Source: Phyllosticta citribraziliensis (taxonomy: Eukaryota). Taken from it: a stretch of DNA of 64,000 nucleotides. A model generated the notes under the pieces. The model did no database searches. It was not told the DNA's origin and was given only the letters and a program-made list of their open reading frames with translations. Position 1 is the stretch's first letter. Each line of letters starts with the position of its first letter. Where the stretch lies: positions 496,001 through 560,000 of the forward strand of contig NW_027117348.1 in the NCBI RefSeq assembly GCF_038025025.1. The letters run 5' to 3'. The translations under genes and the position numbers were made by a program. Positions 52,901 to 64,000 of the stretch are shown here, one piece after another.

Positions 52901-54599
52901 TACTTACTACATGCGCGCCTTTACTACTATAGAAAATACTACTTATTACTAATAAGACACCATCCCTACTAATAAGGTTCCGCCTTACTTATAGTATAAG
53001 GCCCTTATAGGGCTAAAATCCATCTATTAGAGACCCTCTATAGATAAGTAGATATAGGAGTTAACTAATACTAGCACCTTTAAAGAGACTAACTACCTAT
53101 TAGATAGCTCTTAGGTACTACTACTATAATAGGTCTAGGTCTATAAGCTTAATAAGCTAGGTAAGAAGGTTATCTATAAGAGCTATATTATAGTTTTAGG
53201 TAATCTTTAATATAAGGGATTTAATATATCTAAAGTATTATTACTAGTTATTATATTTCCTACTTTTATACTATTTTTAGTAATTAACATCTATTATTAC
53301 CTATTTTATAAGTAAGGGGATATTAAGATAGCCTTCCTTAATATACTACTAAAAGACCTGGTCTATACCTATATACCTCCTAGATACCAGGTCCTATAAT
53401 AAGTTTAGCATCTCTAAAGAGCCTTATATAGCTTATACTAGTTACTACTTACTTAGTTTTAGTACCTCTATAATTTCTTATACCACCTAGGTTTCTACTC
53501 TCTCCCTTTAGAACCCTATATTATAAGATACCAGGATGAGCTTATATTTATCCTTATCTATATTAATAATCTCTATATTACTACTAAAACTAAGTCTAAA
53601 GTTAATAAAATTATCTTACTACTTAATACTAAGTTCTACTTTAAAGATATAGGCTAACTATATTACTTCCTTAGTCTTTATATTAATTAATATATAAATA
53701 GCATAATTATACTATCCTAAGGTAGATATATTTAAAACGTTCTTATATAGTTTAGTATAAGTAATGCTGCGCGCATCCTTATACTAATAGATTCCTATAA
53801 ATTACGCGCATATAATAGTAAGAATAACCTAGACTATTAATAGCTTTATAGTAAGATTGTTAGCTTACTTATATAGTATATAATAAGATGCTACCTAGCT
53901 ATTCTTTTCCCTACTACTTATCTCTTATAATACACCCACAACCTATTAAATAAATACCTTACTACTACTTACTAAGTCCTTTAATACTTATAGGGTATAT
54001 ATAATTATAGAATTATTTTATACTCTAGTAATAATAGTACTCTTAGCTTGTAAATCTATATAGATACTACTTTTACTAATAATCTAGATACTTATTAGTC
54101 CTTATTAGGCTATGTTATTATGGCTTTAGGTGGTTTACTATATATAAAGAGTAGGAGATAGAAGCTTATTAGTATATCTATAATAGAAGCTGAGTTTATT
54201 AACCTTACTCCTACTATTAAATAAGCTATCTAGATGACTCAAGTTCTTGCTAAAATAGGTTATAAGGGCCCTGATACTTAACTAATCTAGCTCTATAATA
54301 ATAATGAGAACGCCATCTAATTTACTAATAGTATAGAGTTTAATGCTGCTATAAAATATATTAATCTGTACTACTAGTATGTTAAGTAGGTAGTTATAGA
54401 TAGAACTATAACCGTCTCTTATATCTCTACTAATAAGATGATTACAGACGGGCTTACTAAAGTATTAGTAATAGTTAAGTACTGCTACTTTTATAACCTT
54501 ATTAGGTATGGACTAATGTAGTAAGTTTTCTATTTAGTTAATATAACTACTTATATATCTACTCTACTATAACTGTCTCTTTTCTTATCCTGGGGGGTG

Positions 54600-54866
54600 T
54601 ATTAGTGGTCCTATATAATAATACTAAGTAGTCTCCTATTGTGTTATCTTAGCTGCAGTTTGCCTGGATAACTATAGCTTATCTAGATGATAACTTACTG
54701 CTTTAGTTGAGATGTACTTATCTATTAGCTTTATATATCTTAATAAGTTTAGGACTTATTAGTAGTTGGTACTGGCTACTGCTCCCCCTGGTGGTTTTAG
54801 TAGTATATAGATAGCTCTTAGAGTAGCCTTAAATGGAGTCTTTAGTTCTCTCATCTTACTTCGTCA
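54600..54866 (+). repeat. 3' LTR
   Basis: TATTAGTGGTCC...CTTCGTCA; differs from the 5' LTR by C/T and G/A transitions. Confidence 0.93.
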
Positions 54867-57173
54867 CAGCCTTACTCCCACACCATATTTCGACCTGAAA
54901 AACTACGGCTTCTATTCGGACGTCCAAGTTGCAGAGCTTCTTGAAAAAGAGACCTATTGGGCCTTTCCGACTGCTCAAAATTCTCTCTACGGTAAACAGC
55001 TGGACGAATTTTTCGCTTACCTTAGCGCCCGCGGGAATCTGAAGTCACTCAATGTCAGGATCCTTACCTTGGGGCACAAGCCAGACTACTTCAAGTGGGA
55101 TGAGACCTCAGGCGTCACTGCATTCTTGCGTCCCTTCAAATACGTGCGTGGACTCCAGAATGCCACCATCAAGTTTCCAAACTGGCGAGATCCGAGCACC
55201 CATGAAGCCGAAGTTCAGCAATTCTATCAAGAAGATGCGCACATAGTCGAGAAGTGGATGACTTCCGTTCATGGAGACTGCCAGCAACATCCAGACATCA
55301 TCTGCGCTTGCAAGACTTGCTTTCCCTCTCTGCCCGGCACTCAGGCTGGACGCCGCAACGCGGAGACAAATTCGAGCCATGAAGAGCACGATTCGGGTGG
55401 AAACACGCAACTGCGGATCAACGAGGTTGAGGCGGCCAAGGCACGCCTCGAAGCTGGCGAGGCAGTCCAGGACGGAGCGAATTGGTGGACGACTGAATTT
55501 CCAATTTGGGGCGGCGATGAGTGGGCACATGGACCCCGCGAATACTACATTGGCCTGCAGAACACTCCACACAAGAGGCAGTACAAAGAGCTTTGTGAAG
55601 AATTTGGCAAGATCTGGGCCGTGGAGTGGTGGACCGAGGACGGCTTCGGCATTGGGGATGGTGAGGGGTACTGATGGACTTCTCTCTTACACCGCACTTC
55701 CACCAGATGTTCCTTTTCATTGGAGTAGGCCTTGGACCTTTGGTCGGGCTGAGATTCATTTCCAGCACGCACTTCAAATGCGGAAGATTGCCGAAGGCGT
55801 TGCTCGAAAAGTTTCCTTCTCATCGGTTCTGTTTTTGCTACACGGTCATCGTTTGCGAGCATACAGCCTGATTCACGGCTCGCCAGCAGATCAGTGGCTG
55901 CTTCAAGAAGAAGGCAAGGAAGTACAGGGTCTCACGGAGTTGGGTTGGTCTTCTCTTTTGCTTTTTTCTCTTCTCCTCTCTTGGTTTAAGACTGGATTAT
56001 CCACGACAGTCAGTTCGCGAGGGAAAAATGGCGGCAGTTTCATAGTGATAGAGTTAGATTTGGGTTTACAATGGGAAGTCTGGTTTGTGAATTATTCCCC
56101 CGTAAATGTCCTTCTTTTAGGTCTTGGTTCGCCCAAGCCAGTGATGCTTTTCCCCCTGTCATTCAGAGCTTGAATGCTCCAAATGTCCTTGATACCCCCG
56201 GGTGACTCCATCAATACCGTGGAATAACGGTGACGCCAAGCGTCCTCTGGTTGGATGCACAGATTTGGCGCTCGGAAAACTTCATCATCTGTTACAGGGT
56301 CACAGTCGACTGCTAGAGTGCGAGATTCTCGTTCTTCTTCCAGCATTTTGGCGCCTGTATTCTACCTATGTCTCTTTCGAGTCGAAAGGAGAACGTCTCG
56401 GGGCCTTGTCTTTCGTATCGTACCCCCCCTTTTTTTTTCGGCCGTACAGCTCTCATTCAGAAAAACGTCTCATAGGCCACGTTTTTCGACTCGAACATGG
56501 TTTAATACATTCAAGTTCTTCTACGAGTACTTCCAGCAACCGAGGACCTTGCGGCTGGGAATGTTCAAGACGATATCGCGTCCATTCGTCGATCAGCTTC
56601 TTGGATGGACCGAGAATCAGTACAGTGTCAAAGGTCGAGTCTACTTTCCTCTTTCGAAGATTGCCCCTTTACCAGCAAGAAGATTGGCCAGAATGACACA
56701 CCAAGTGTTAATTCCGGCCCCAATCACTGACACTGCTATAGACCCAGGACTCAGGCCCTGACACTACCGGCTGTTACGTGATCAGGCAAGTAGATGCGCA
56801 AGGAGTTCCGCGAACAGGGAAAGACAGCGGCGGCATCTTCAGGCCGCGAATTCCGGTCAGGCGCTCGGGCAATTTTCCATTTCCCGACTCACAGAGTATG
56901 CGCAAGACTTCGAGTAGCGGGTGATGGCTGACTAAGTTCAAGCACCTTTTTGGGTCTTTGTTTACTTTTCGTCCACCACGCCAACCTCTCCTCTTCGACA
57001 CTCTCATCGTCCTTTTTCAACTCCACCTCCCGGACTGGCTTCGTTACGAGGACGCATCCCAAGGCCGACCAACGACCGGCCACGATCCCCACACGTTCTC
57101 GCTGCTCCCATCCACGAATGCTCCTCATCTCGCTCCTGGTCAAGTAAATTCAAGCTCGCAACCGGAGTGCAAG

Positions 57174-58608
57174 ATGGGCTCTCCGACCCAAGAGCTCGTC
57201 GAGATGGACGGAGCCGCCTGCAGGTAAGCCATGCTATGACCCAATCTCAAGTATTAAGATGTCTTGTTTCTGATTTCTGGTTACGACTCATAGGAATCTT
57301 CCGCCAGCCTTGCTGCACGGCCACACATTGGCCCAACTTCCTGATTTCCTCAATCCAACCAAGGTCTCCCAGGAAATCCGTGACAGCATTTACGACATTG
57401 TAATCAAAGATACACTCGCTCGTGGCACCTACATCTGCGCTGCAGACGGGACGTGGAGGCTGGCGTACTTGTGCCGGCAACCTGAGGGTCTCACAACACG
57501 TTCCTTTCCGTCTCTCCTCGGCGCCTGCAAGCAGACACGGGAAGAGTTCCTCGAAAGGATTTACGCCAAACTGGGTTTCTTGATCGAAGTTGTGAACCAT
57601 GACGAAATCAACGTAAGCTGGTGCTTCCCCCTTCACAATCAAAGCTGACAGTTCCAGTATGGCATTCCGAACCAGATCTCGATCACTCCTCTCTCCAAGA
57701 TTCGTCATCTCTGCCTGCAAGTCCATGTCGAGCCGGCTACTGAGCTCTCCTTCAAGGCGAGCGACAACGGCTTCATCAAAGAGCCCTACTCCATCCGATA
57801 CACCGCGAGTGGAAGACTTTCAGAAGCCAAACTTATTCGGTCTGCAGAGAGCTTGAGCCCGACGGGCTTTTGGGACGTGAAAAAGTACGGGATCCACGGA
57901 AATCAGTCCCTCCCACAACTGGTTCAGGCGGAGGAGATCTCGGTGCTGCCAACGGAGTATAACAGCAAACTGGGCCAATCCCTCGGTCGTTTCCTCAAGA
58001 TGCTAGCGGAAGGGAACAATTTGATGTCACTGGACCTCAAAGTTGTGCTGCCAATGACCCCTCGCAGCAGCTTTCCCGCGAGAATCACAGCCAGCTCCGG
58101 AATGAATGCCTTCATGCGCCCATTGGAGACCATGGATCAGATCAGAGACGTGAGTATCTCCGTCCAGGGTCACCGAGAATTCCAATCAGAAGGCAAAGAT
58201 GTACAAATGTTTCTCGAAGCAGACGCCGAAAGAATTACCGACTTATTGAAGAGCAACCGCCAAGGCTGCAACATCAGCCATGAGACTCTGTGCTTTTGTG
58301 AGAAGTGCTTCCCACCGCTCCGCAGTCGCAAAGAATGGGACGAGGGCAAGGAAGAGCAGGCATACTCCCAGGACGACAAAAACGACGAAGCTTATATTGA
58401 GTATGAGATCGAGAAAATTATTCACAAAAAGCGAGAGCTGGCCGACGATCGCGAGTACTTTGATCCCGAGGACGTTTTTCCAGCACACCACTCTGAGAAT
58501 GCGCACGGAGAAAAGTCACGCTTCTGCGTTGGAATCCAAGACCACGACTCAGAGGACGAGTTTGGTTGCAGCTGTCCGGAGTGCAACATCGGCCGAGCTC
58601 AATGGTAA
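57174..58608 (+). CDS. F-box-like array gene D, 3 exons
   Basis: Introns 57224-57293 and 57613-57657; KVSQEIRDSIYDIVI, CKQTREEF, FIKEPYSI, CNISHETLCFCEKCFP, FCVGIQDH...CSCPEC. Confidence 0.82.
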
Positions 58609-59535
58609 TACGGCCCTCTCGCCACGTGAACGGCATGATTTGATCACAATGGGGTGAACGAACGCAGGGCTGTGAGCCTTTCGCAATAGAGTCACATGCT
58701 TGAGGAGGCAGAGATCTTGCAGATTTCAGCATCACAGAACCAACGGGTGGCTGTGGTATCGACAGATGCAATCTTGAGATGCTACTGCTGGTCTTCAAGC
58801 CAGTCTTTTCTTTTTCTTCTTGAATTCGTCTAGGTCAAAAGACAGAAGCAACAAGGATGATGCGGGTGTAGCTCAAGTAGTATAACTCAAAATCGATGAT
58901 CTTGAACACATGATGCTGGGTAGATTTATTTCGTCAATTGCAGAGGCCGTGGAAATCTTAATCTCCAGCTTGGTAACTCCAGGATTACTCTGTTATTCCC
59001 AACCGTCTTTTATGTGCCAAAGTTCCCTCTCTGTCTCTTTGTGCAGTTGAACGTCCCCTGGCCCATTAAGTTGTAAGAGGTGCACATCCAGAAGTTCCAG
59101 CATCACTGTCGACTATGAAGAAACAAAATTTCCATGGCCGTTTTGTTTTGCCTTTGCCAGGTGATCTGTGTTGTTAAACTGAAAGTGTGGCTGGAGTCCT
59201 TGCCTAGACGCAGCTTTTTAACACTTAGCATGTTATTTCCCACATGAAGCTTTTTTCATGGCGGCCAAGCGACGACTCGCCGGCGCTTTTCGTGGTACAC
59301 ACACACACAGCTTCCCTCTGTCCTAAACAACCTCCCAACTTCAACATCTCCAAGATCTCATGAACCTCCCCCTGCCGTTGTCAGCACTTGTTTGATCCTC
59401 TATCGGCAAATACGCTCAAGGCATACTGATCGACTACTCTCCCGCTATTCTGACACTCTCCTCGCTTTGCGCAACTCGCCACCCAGCTCCGGCCTGCCCT
59501 GGTCCAAAGGCGTCCGCGTCCGGCAATCATTTGCC

Positions 59536-60991
59536 ATGTCAACCCCTCTTGAGCAGACTTCCGAGGTCGCAAAGAAGACAGCCAGGTAAGAGTTCAGAGA
59601 GCTCAAGCCTCGCAACGACGCATGTTGAAAATGACCAGCGACGAAAGCCACTCCGCCACGGCCACGAAAGAGGCTCTCGCCCAAGTTCCGCCTCGCCTGA
59701 TCAACGAAAAGCTGCCTCGCGAGGTCCGCGACAAAATATATGATATCGTGATCAAGGACGAACTTTACCTCGGAACACGCAAGACAGCGTCAGATGGGAC
59801 CTGGCGTCTGACCTACTTCCACCGAAGGCCGGAGAGCAGCTGGGTAGGAAATGACATAGCTCGCGTTTTCCCTTCTATGCTGGCTGTCTGTAAACAGTCA
59901 AGGGAAGAGTTTCTGGAACGAATGTACGCCAGATTGGCATTTCGCATCCGTATTTTCGACTATCAAAACGCGGATGTAAGCTGCTTCCTCCCATCTTCAA
60001 GTTCCAAACTGATGATTTCCAGTTCCTTGGGGTCCCGTCACCCTTTCCATATATCGAATTGTCCAGGATTCAGGATCTCATCTTAGAGCTATGGTTGGAA
60101 CCAGCCCACGAACACTCCTTCGAGGTCAAGGGCCATGATGGTTTCATTAGGGAACCGTTCTCGTTGAATTACGATGCGAGCGGATCTCTCAAGGGAGCGA
60201 CACTTGAACGATCCGAGAGCACTACAAGCCCGACGACGTACTTCGACCTTCAGAAGCACGGCATCTACAGTGACCACGCGCTTCCTGCCCTAGTCGACGC
60301 TGAAAAGAACACCGCTCTCCCGACACGTCACAACTCGAAGTTCGGTGAAGCCCTCCACAAACTACTCGTCGCTTTGGGAGAAAGGAACGAACTGCTATCG
60401 CTGGATCTCCGCATCGTCCTGCCTTTTCGCGGTCGGAGGTCCAACGGCGAAAATGCCCCCGCACCACAGATCAATTCATCTTCTGGAGTGAACGAGTTTC
60501 TGCGCCCACTTGAGCTCTTGCATGGCATGAAAAATGTCAAGATCTCGGTCAAACGTAGCAATGAGCTGTACGAGCGCGGTCAAGATCTTGCGACTTTCCT
60601 CCGTCAGGATGCCGAACGACTGATGGTCCTCCTCAAGAGCGATCGCAAAGGTTGCAGCCTCTCACTCGACAAGATATGCCATTGTGAGGAATGCTTTCCC
60701 TCTCTTGGAGGAAAATACCGACAGCCCGAGGCCGCCACCAAATCAGGGCCCGAGGACGAGTACGACGAGTTCCTGGTCAAGAGTCACCTTCGAGATGTCG
60801 AGTTCAAGAAGCGAGACTTGTCCGACCGCGATGAGAGCTCTACTCTTCCCGATCGTGGAGACTTCCCCGTCGGCTATGAAGAGCATGCAAGTGCTGGAAA
60901 CCCGTACTTTTGCGTTGGTGTCCAGGAACACGACGCAGATAACTGGCAATGCGACTGCCCCGCATGCTGCATCGAGCACAGCAAGTGGTGA
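59536..60991 (+). CDS. F-box-like array gene E, 3 exons
   Basis: Introns 59586-59638 and ~59976-60022; KLPREVRDKIYDIVI, CKQSREEF, FIREPFSL, CSLSLDKICHCEECFP, FCVGVQEH...CDCPAC. Confidence 0.82.
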
Positions 60992-61080
60992 ACATTGGGA
61001 AAAGTATGTCCCAGAACTTAAACGAGATGGTCTCCTGCTAAAGAATCGATGCGCAGGGTCTCGAACAGAAGACGGAATCC

Positions 61081-61360
61081 TGCTGGATCGCCTCCTTCGC
61101 ATTCGGTTTTCCTGGTGGAGCAACATTAAGCAGCTCGCTGTCGTCAGTTCGCCGCTTCAGTCTCCTCGTCTGGTCATCGGTTCATCGGTTTGCCGCACAT
61201 CGAAAAGGGCTCAGTCAACTGCTCAGGCCATCGTGGTCTCTTACAATCCGACGGTTGGTGGTGACTACTTCTCTTAGTGAAAGCAGTGGCTTCAGCAGCA
61301 GTATATAGTCAGCTCTCAAAGTAGCATCGAATGGAGTCCTCGGTTCTCTCATCTTCGTCA
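61081..61360 (+). mobile_element. Putative solo LTR related to the copia LTR, little RIP
   Basis: 3' part GTGGCTTCAGCAGCAGTATATAGTCAGCTCTCAAAGTAGCATCGAATGGAGTCCTCGGTTCTCTCATCTTCGTCA aligns with the copia LTR end; candidate TG start at 61081; flanks AATCC/ATTCC (4/5). 5' boundary uncertain. Confidence 0.6.
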
Positions 61361-61740
61361 ATTCCAATCAACTACAGTCCCAGCTCAAGAGTAAACGCGA
61401 CGGGTGCAATCTCTCAATCGACACCATTTGTACCTGTGAGCGATGTTTCCCTCCTCTCCCCGCGAACAAAATCCGATCACACAAGGCTGTTGCGCCAGAG
61501 CCGGATGACGAATACAGTCCGGGGGAGATTGACCGCGCTATCGAATGCGTCGAATGGGCGAAGCAAGATTTGGTCGACCAGAATAATTCGACCTTGCCCG
61601 TGCATGGCAATTTTCCCATTGGACACGAGGAGGATGCCCTTGCTCGACACTCTCGTTTCTGTGTTGGAATCAATCAACACATCGAGAACGACTTCAATTG
61701 CGGCTGCCCCGAGTGTGCCATCGACCGTGGCCAGTGGTAG
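61361..61740 (+). pseudogene. Array gene F, C-terminal fragment only (no F-box-like N-terminus)
   Basis: Startless frame absent from the ORF track: LKSKRDGCNLSIDTICTCERCFPPL...HSRFCVGINQHIENDFNCGCPECAIDRGQW*, homologous to the D/E C-termini. Confidence 0.85.
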
Positions 61741-62582
61741 ACTTGGTGAAAGGTATGTTGGAGACCTTGAATGTGAGTCGTGAGCTAATCATCCACAAGA
61801 CGGAGTTTTGTCCTGGCGATGTTATGCTCCAGGTGGGTACAGCGCTGTGATGATGTACGGTACAGTCTTTGGCCTAAGGAAATATGAGGGGCAGGAGAGC
61901 ATTTGGATTAGGCTGCACAGTTGGGTTAACAGGGAAAGGATGGAAAGACTCCAGAATGGAAGGATTTGGCGCCATCGAACATCCCAAAATTGAATTTTAT
62001 TCAGTAGCACTGGTTGTTTCATTCCTTCCCTTGCATATTCTTGCTTGACAGAACTTGATCCAGGGGCAGTATTTGCCACAGCGAAATTTCTTGGTAATCA
62101 CTTCATTGAATAAATTTCGCCCTGCAAACGGCTGTTCTGGTCTGCTCGCCATAGCGCTGGTAGCGAGCTTCATGGAAACGACGGCAAAATGGAGGTTGGA
62201 CAGTGCTTGATTTAACATGAAGTGTGTCACATAGTTGGTAAAGTGTGTTGGTCATGTTCTTTACACCACAGTGCTTTTAACACAGAATGTGTCAAATAGT
62301 TGGCGATGCATGTTGCTAATATTTTTAACACCATTGCCGAGACTATTAGGCCAATGTTTTAGGCGCTCTATGATCTGGGGCACATGGCCGGGGCGGAAAG
62401 CTTCCATGCACGCAAAACAACCGCTCCCCTTCCACAACCTTTTCCGCCACCTGCTCTGAAACCCTACACCTGACAACTCGCCACAAACAGAGCCCCACCT
62501 GGTATCTTCCGAGACGAAACATTCCATCCGAAGGCCTTGGATTTTCATATTTAGCTCTACCGCCACAACCTGTGCCTTCAAC

Positions 62583-63971
62583 ATGAGCTCAGCTACGGTT
62601 CCAGATATCAACTTCACAGCTCAGAACAGGTGAGCCCAGTAAGATCTCAACACAAAGCCTTGCTGACCGAATCCGTGCAGTGATCTGGCGATCATGAAGG
62701 AGCAGCTCACCCCTCAAACCTTGCCCTTCTTCAGCCTCCCTCGCGAAATTCGCGACAACATCTACAAGGAAGTGATTGCCTTTGATTTCAGTCGCGGATG
62801 TCGAAGAAGAGCCACGAACGGCACATTCAGTCTCGAGTCATTTGATGACCGGGCTAAATTCAGGTTTGACAAAGTGGCATCTCTGCCGCAAGTGTGCCCT
62901 GCGATGCTTTCTGTCTGCAAGCAAACACAAAAGGAGTATGTGGAGCGGATGCATGAAACATTGGCTTTTCGGATCGTGATTCAGGACTACGAGGATTTGG
63001 ATGTAAGATGTCTTCTCCATCGGGCCGCGAATGTCAAGGTTGATGTTTTACAGTTTCTCGGTCCCTCCGCCCATATTCCCTTTGTCGACTTAGCGAGGAT
63101 TTCCGACCTTTCAATGCAGTTTTCCCTGATACCTGCCATCGAAACTGTGTTCCAAGCAAAAGAGAAAGCTTTCATCAAAGAGCCCTTCTCCATAAACTAC
63201 AACGCGGATGACTCCTTGCACCTCTCTCGGTCAGAAAGCAGCATGAGCCCTACACCCTTTTTCGACCTCAAGCGATACGGATTTTACAATGATCAATCCC
63301 TCCCCGACCTTCTCGAAGTTCAACAGGTCTCCGTCATGCCCACAAACTCCCAATTTGGACGATCCATGCAGGAGTTGTTTGCGTGTATCGGGCAAACCAA
63401 CAATCTCAAGAGGCTGGATCTCCGTATTTTGGTGCCTTACATCGGAAGGTGGTTCCCCCAAGGCGAACCCGGTTTGACGATTTGGACTGTTTCCGGCATA
63501 GAAGCATTCATGCGCATCTTTGCAACAACTGATCGACTTGAAGACGTTCGAATTCGTATCAGGGGAGACAAGTACTTTCAACCCGAGAACGGTCTCGGAA
63601 TCTTGACTTCAAGACTGCGAGCCGCAGGTAGGAGACTTGCCGCACTTTTACAGAGCAATCGCCAATCCTGTCAACGCGATGCAAGGATCTGCATGTGCGA
63701 GCGGTGCTTTCCCCCTCTTATCAGCAGCCGTCCTGATCACGCACAACGTCCTGTTGACAACTTTGAGGCCAAATCCGACAAAACCATCCAGAGTGCGATA
63801 GCAGACGTCGAACGGAAGAAGAGACTTTGGCTCGAGGACAATACGAAGAACGAGCAAGCCGAGTCTGGCCGCGAGTGCCGCACGTACTTTCCGTACGTCT
63901 TTGAGGAGCATTCATTTGCGGAATATTGCGGATTTGTTCTTGGCCTTCAAGAGCACACGGGGACCTGGTAA
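62583..63971 (+). CDS. F-box-like array gene G, 3 exons
   Basis: Introns 62630-62680 and 63003-63053 (the second is in frame); FFSLPREIRDNIYKEVI, CKQTQKEY, FIKEPFSI, CQRDARICMCERCFP. Stop lies near the window edge. Confidence 0.8.
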
Positions 63972-64000
63972 AAGACAGCAGGTCGAAACCCAAGAATGTA

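Larger units (their letters stand above)
49678..54866 (+). mobile_element. Full-length Ty1/copia LTR retrotransposon, heavily RIP-mutated, ORFs destroyed
   Basis: Starts TG, ends CA; TSD CAGCC at 49673-49677 and 54867-54871; 267-bp LTRs; PBS-like GGTTATAAGCCC at 49945; G-rich tract before the 3' LTR. Relics in copia order: zinc knuckle ~50925, protease WIIDTGA-like ~51157, integrase ~51930, RT DIKTAFLN-like ~53319 and YVDD-like ~53560, RNase H MIADGLTK-like ~54438. Very AT- and TpA-rich. Confidence 0.95.
48968..55674 (+). pseudogene. F-box-like array gene C, interrupted by a copia insertion
   Basis: FLRAPREVRDMIYDHVI. Removing 49678-54871 restores the frame ...IRSDDSLTPTPYFDLKNYGFYSD..., matching paralogues D, E and G; C-terminal half has CQQHPDIICACKTCFP. 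Confidence 0.88.

Noticed and set aside
49700..54860. AT-rich block as centromere, NUMT or foreign DNA
   Set aside because: LTRs, TSD and copia domain relics with TpA enrichment explain it as a RIP-mutated retrotransposon.
56200..56761. Overlapping ORFs between genes C and D as another array member
   Set aside because: No family motif in the frames I read.

Overview
Gene-dense, intron-containing eukaryotic DNA from a filamentous ascomycete. A Dothideomycete-like origin is an inference from gene content, CTAAC/CTGAC branch points and RIP signatures. Positions ~11-43 kb are mostly housekeeping genes: INSIG/Nsg, eIF2-gamma, a CAMK kinase, cytochrome c1, DAHP synthase, SDHAF1, a small HSP, RPB11, ADE16/17, APE2 and dolichol kinase. 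Two accessory regions stand out. (1) At 6.5-10 kb is a tandem family of small orphan genes, two of which carry a double CCHC-like zinc knuckle plus coiled coil. (2) At 44-64 kb is a same-strand tandem array of seven divergent genes (six with an F-box-like LPRE(L/I/V)RDxIY motif, one 5'-truncated), most with Cys-rich C-terminal motifs. One copy is split by a heavily RIP-mutated full-length Ty1/copia element (CAGCC target-site duplication); another is 5'-truncated next to a related, largely unmutated solo-LTR-like sequence. Also notable: a divergent DAHP synthase / 3-dehydroshikimate dehydratase-like pair and an in-frame ORF inside RPB11 intron 1. All exon boundaries and family calls were made by eye, without database searches.
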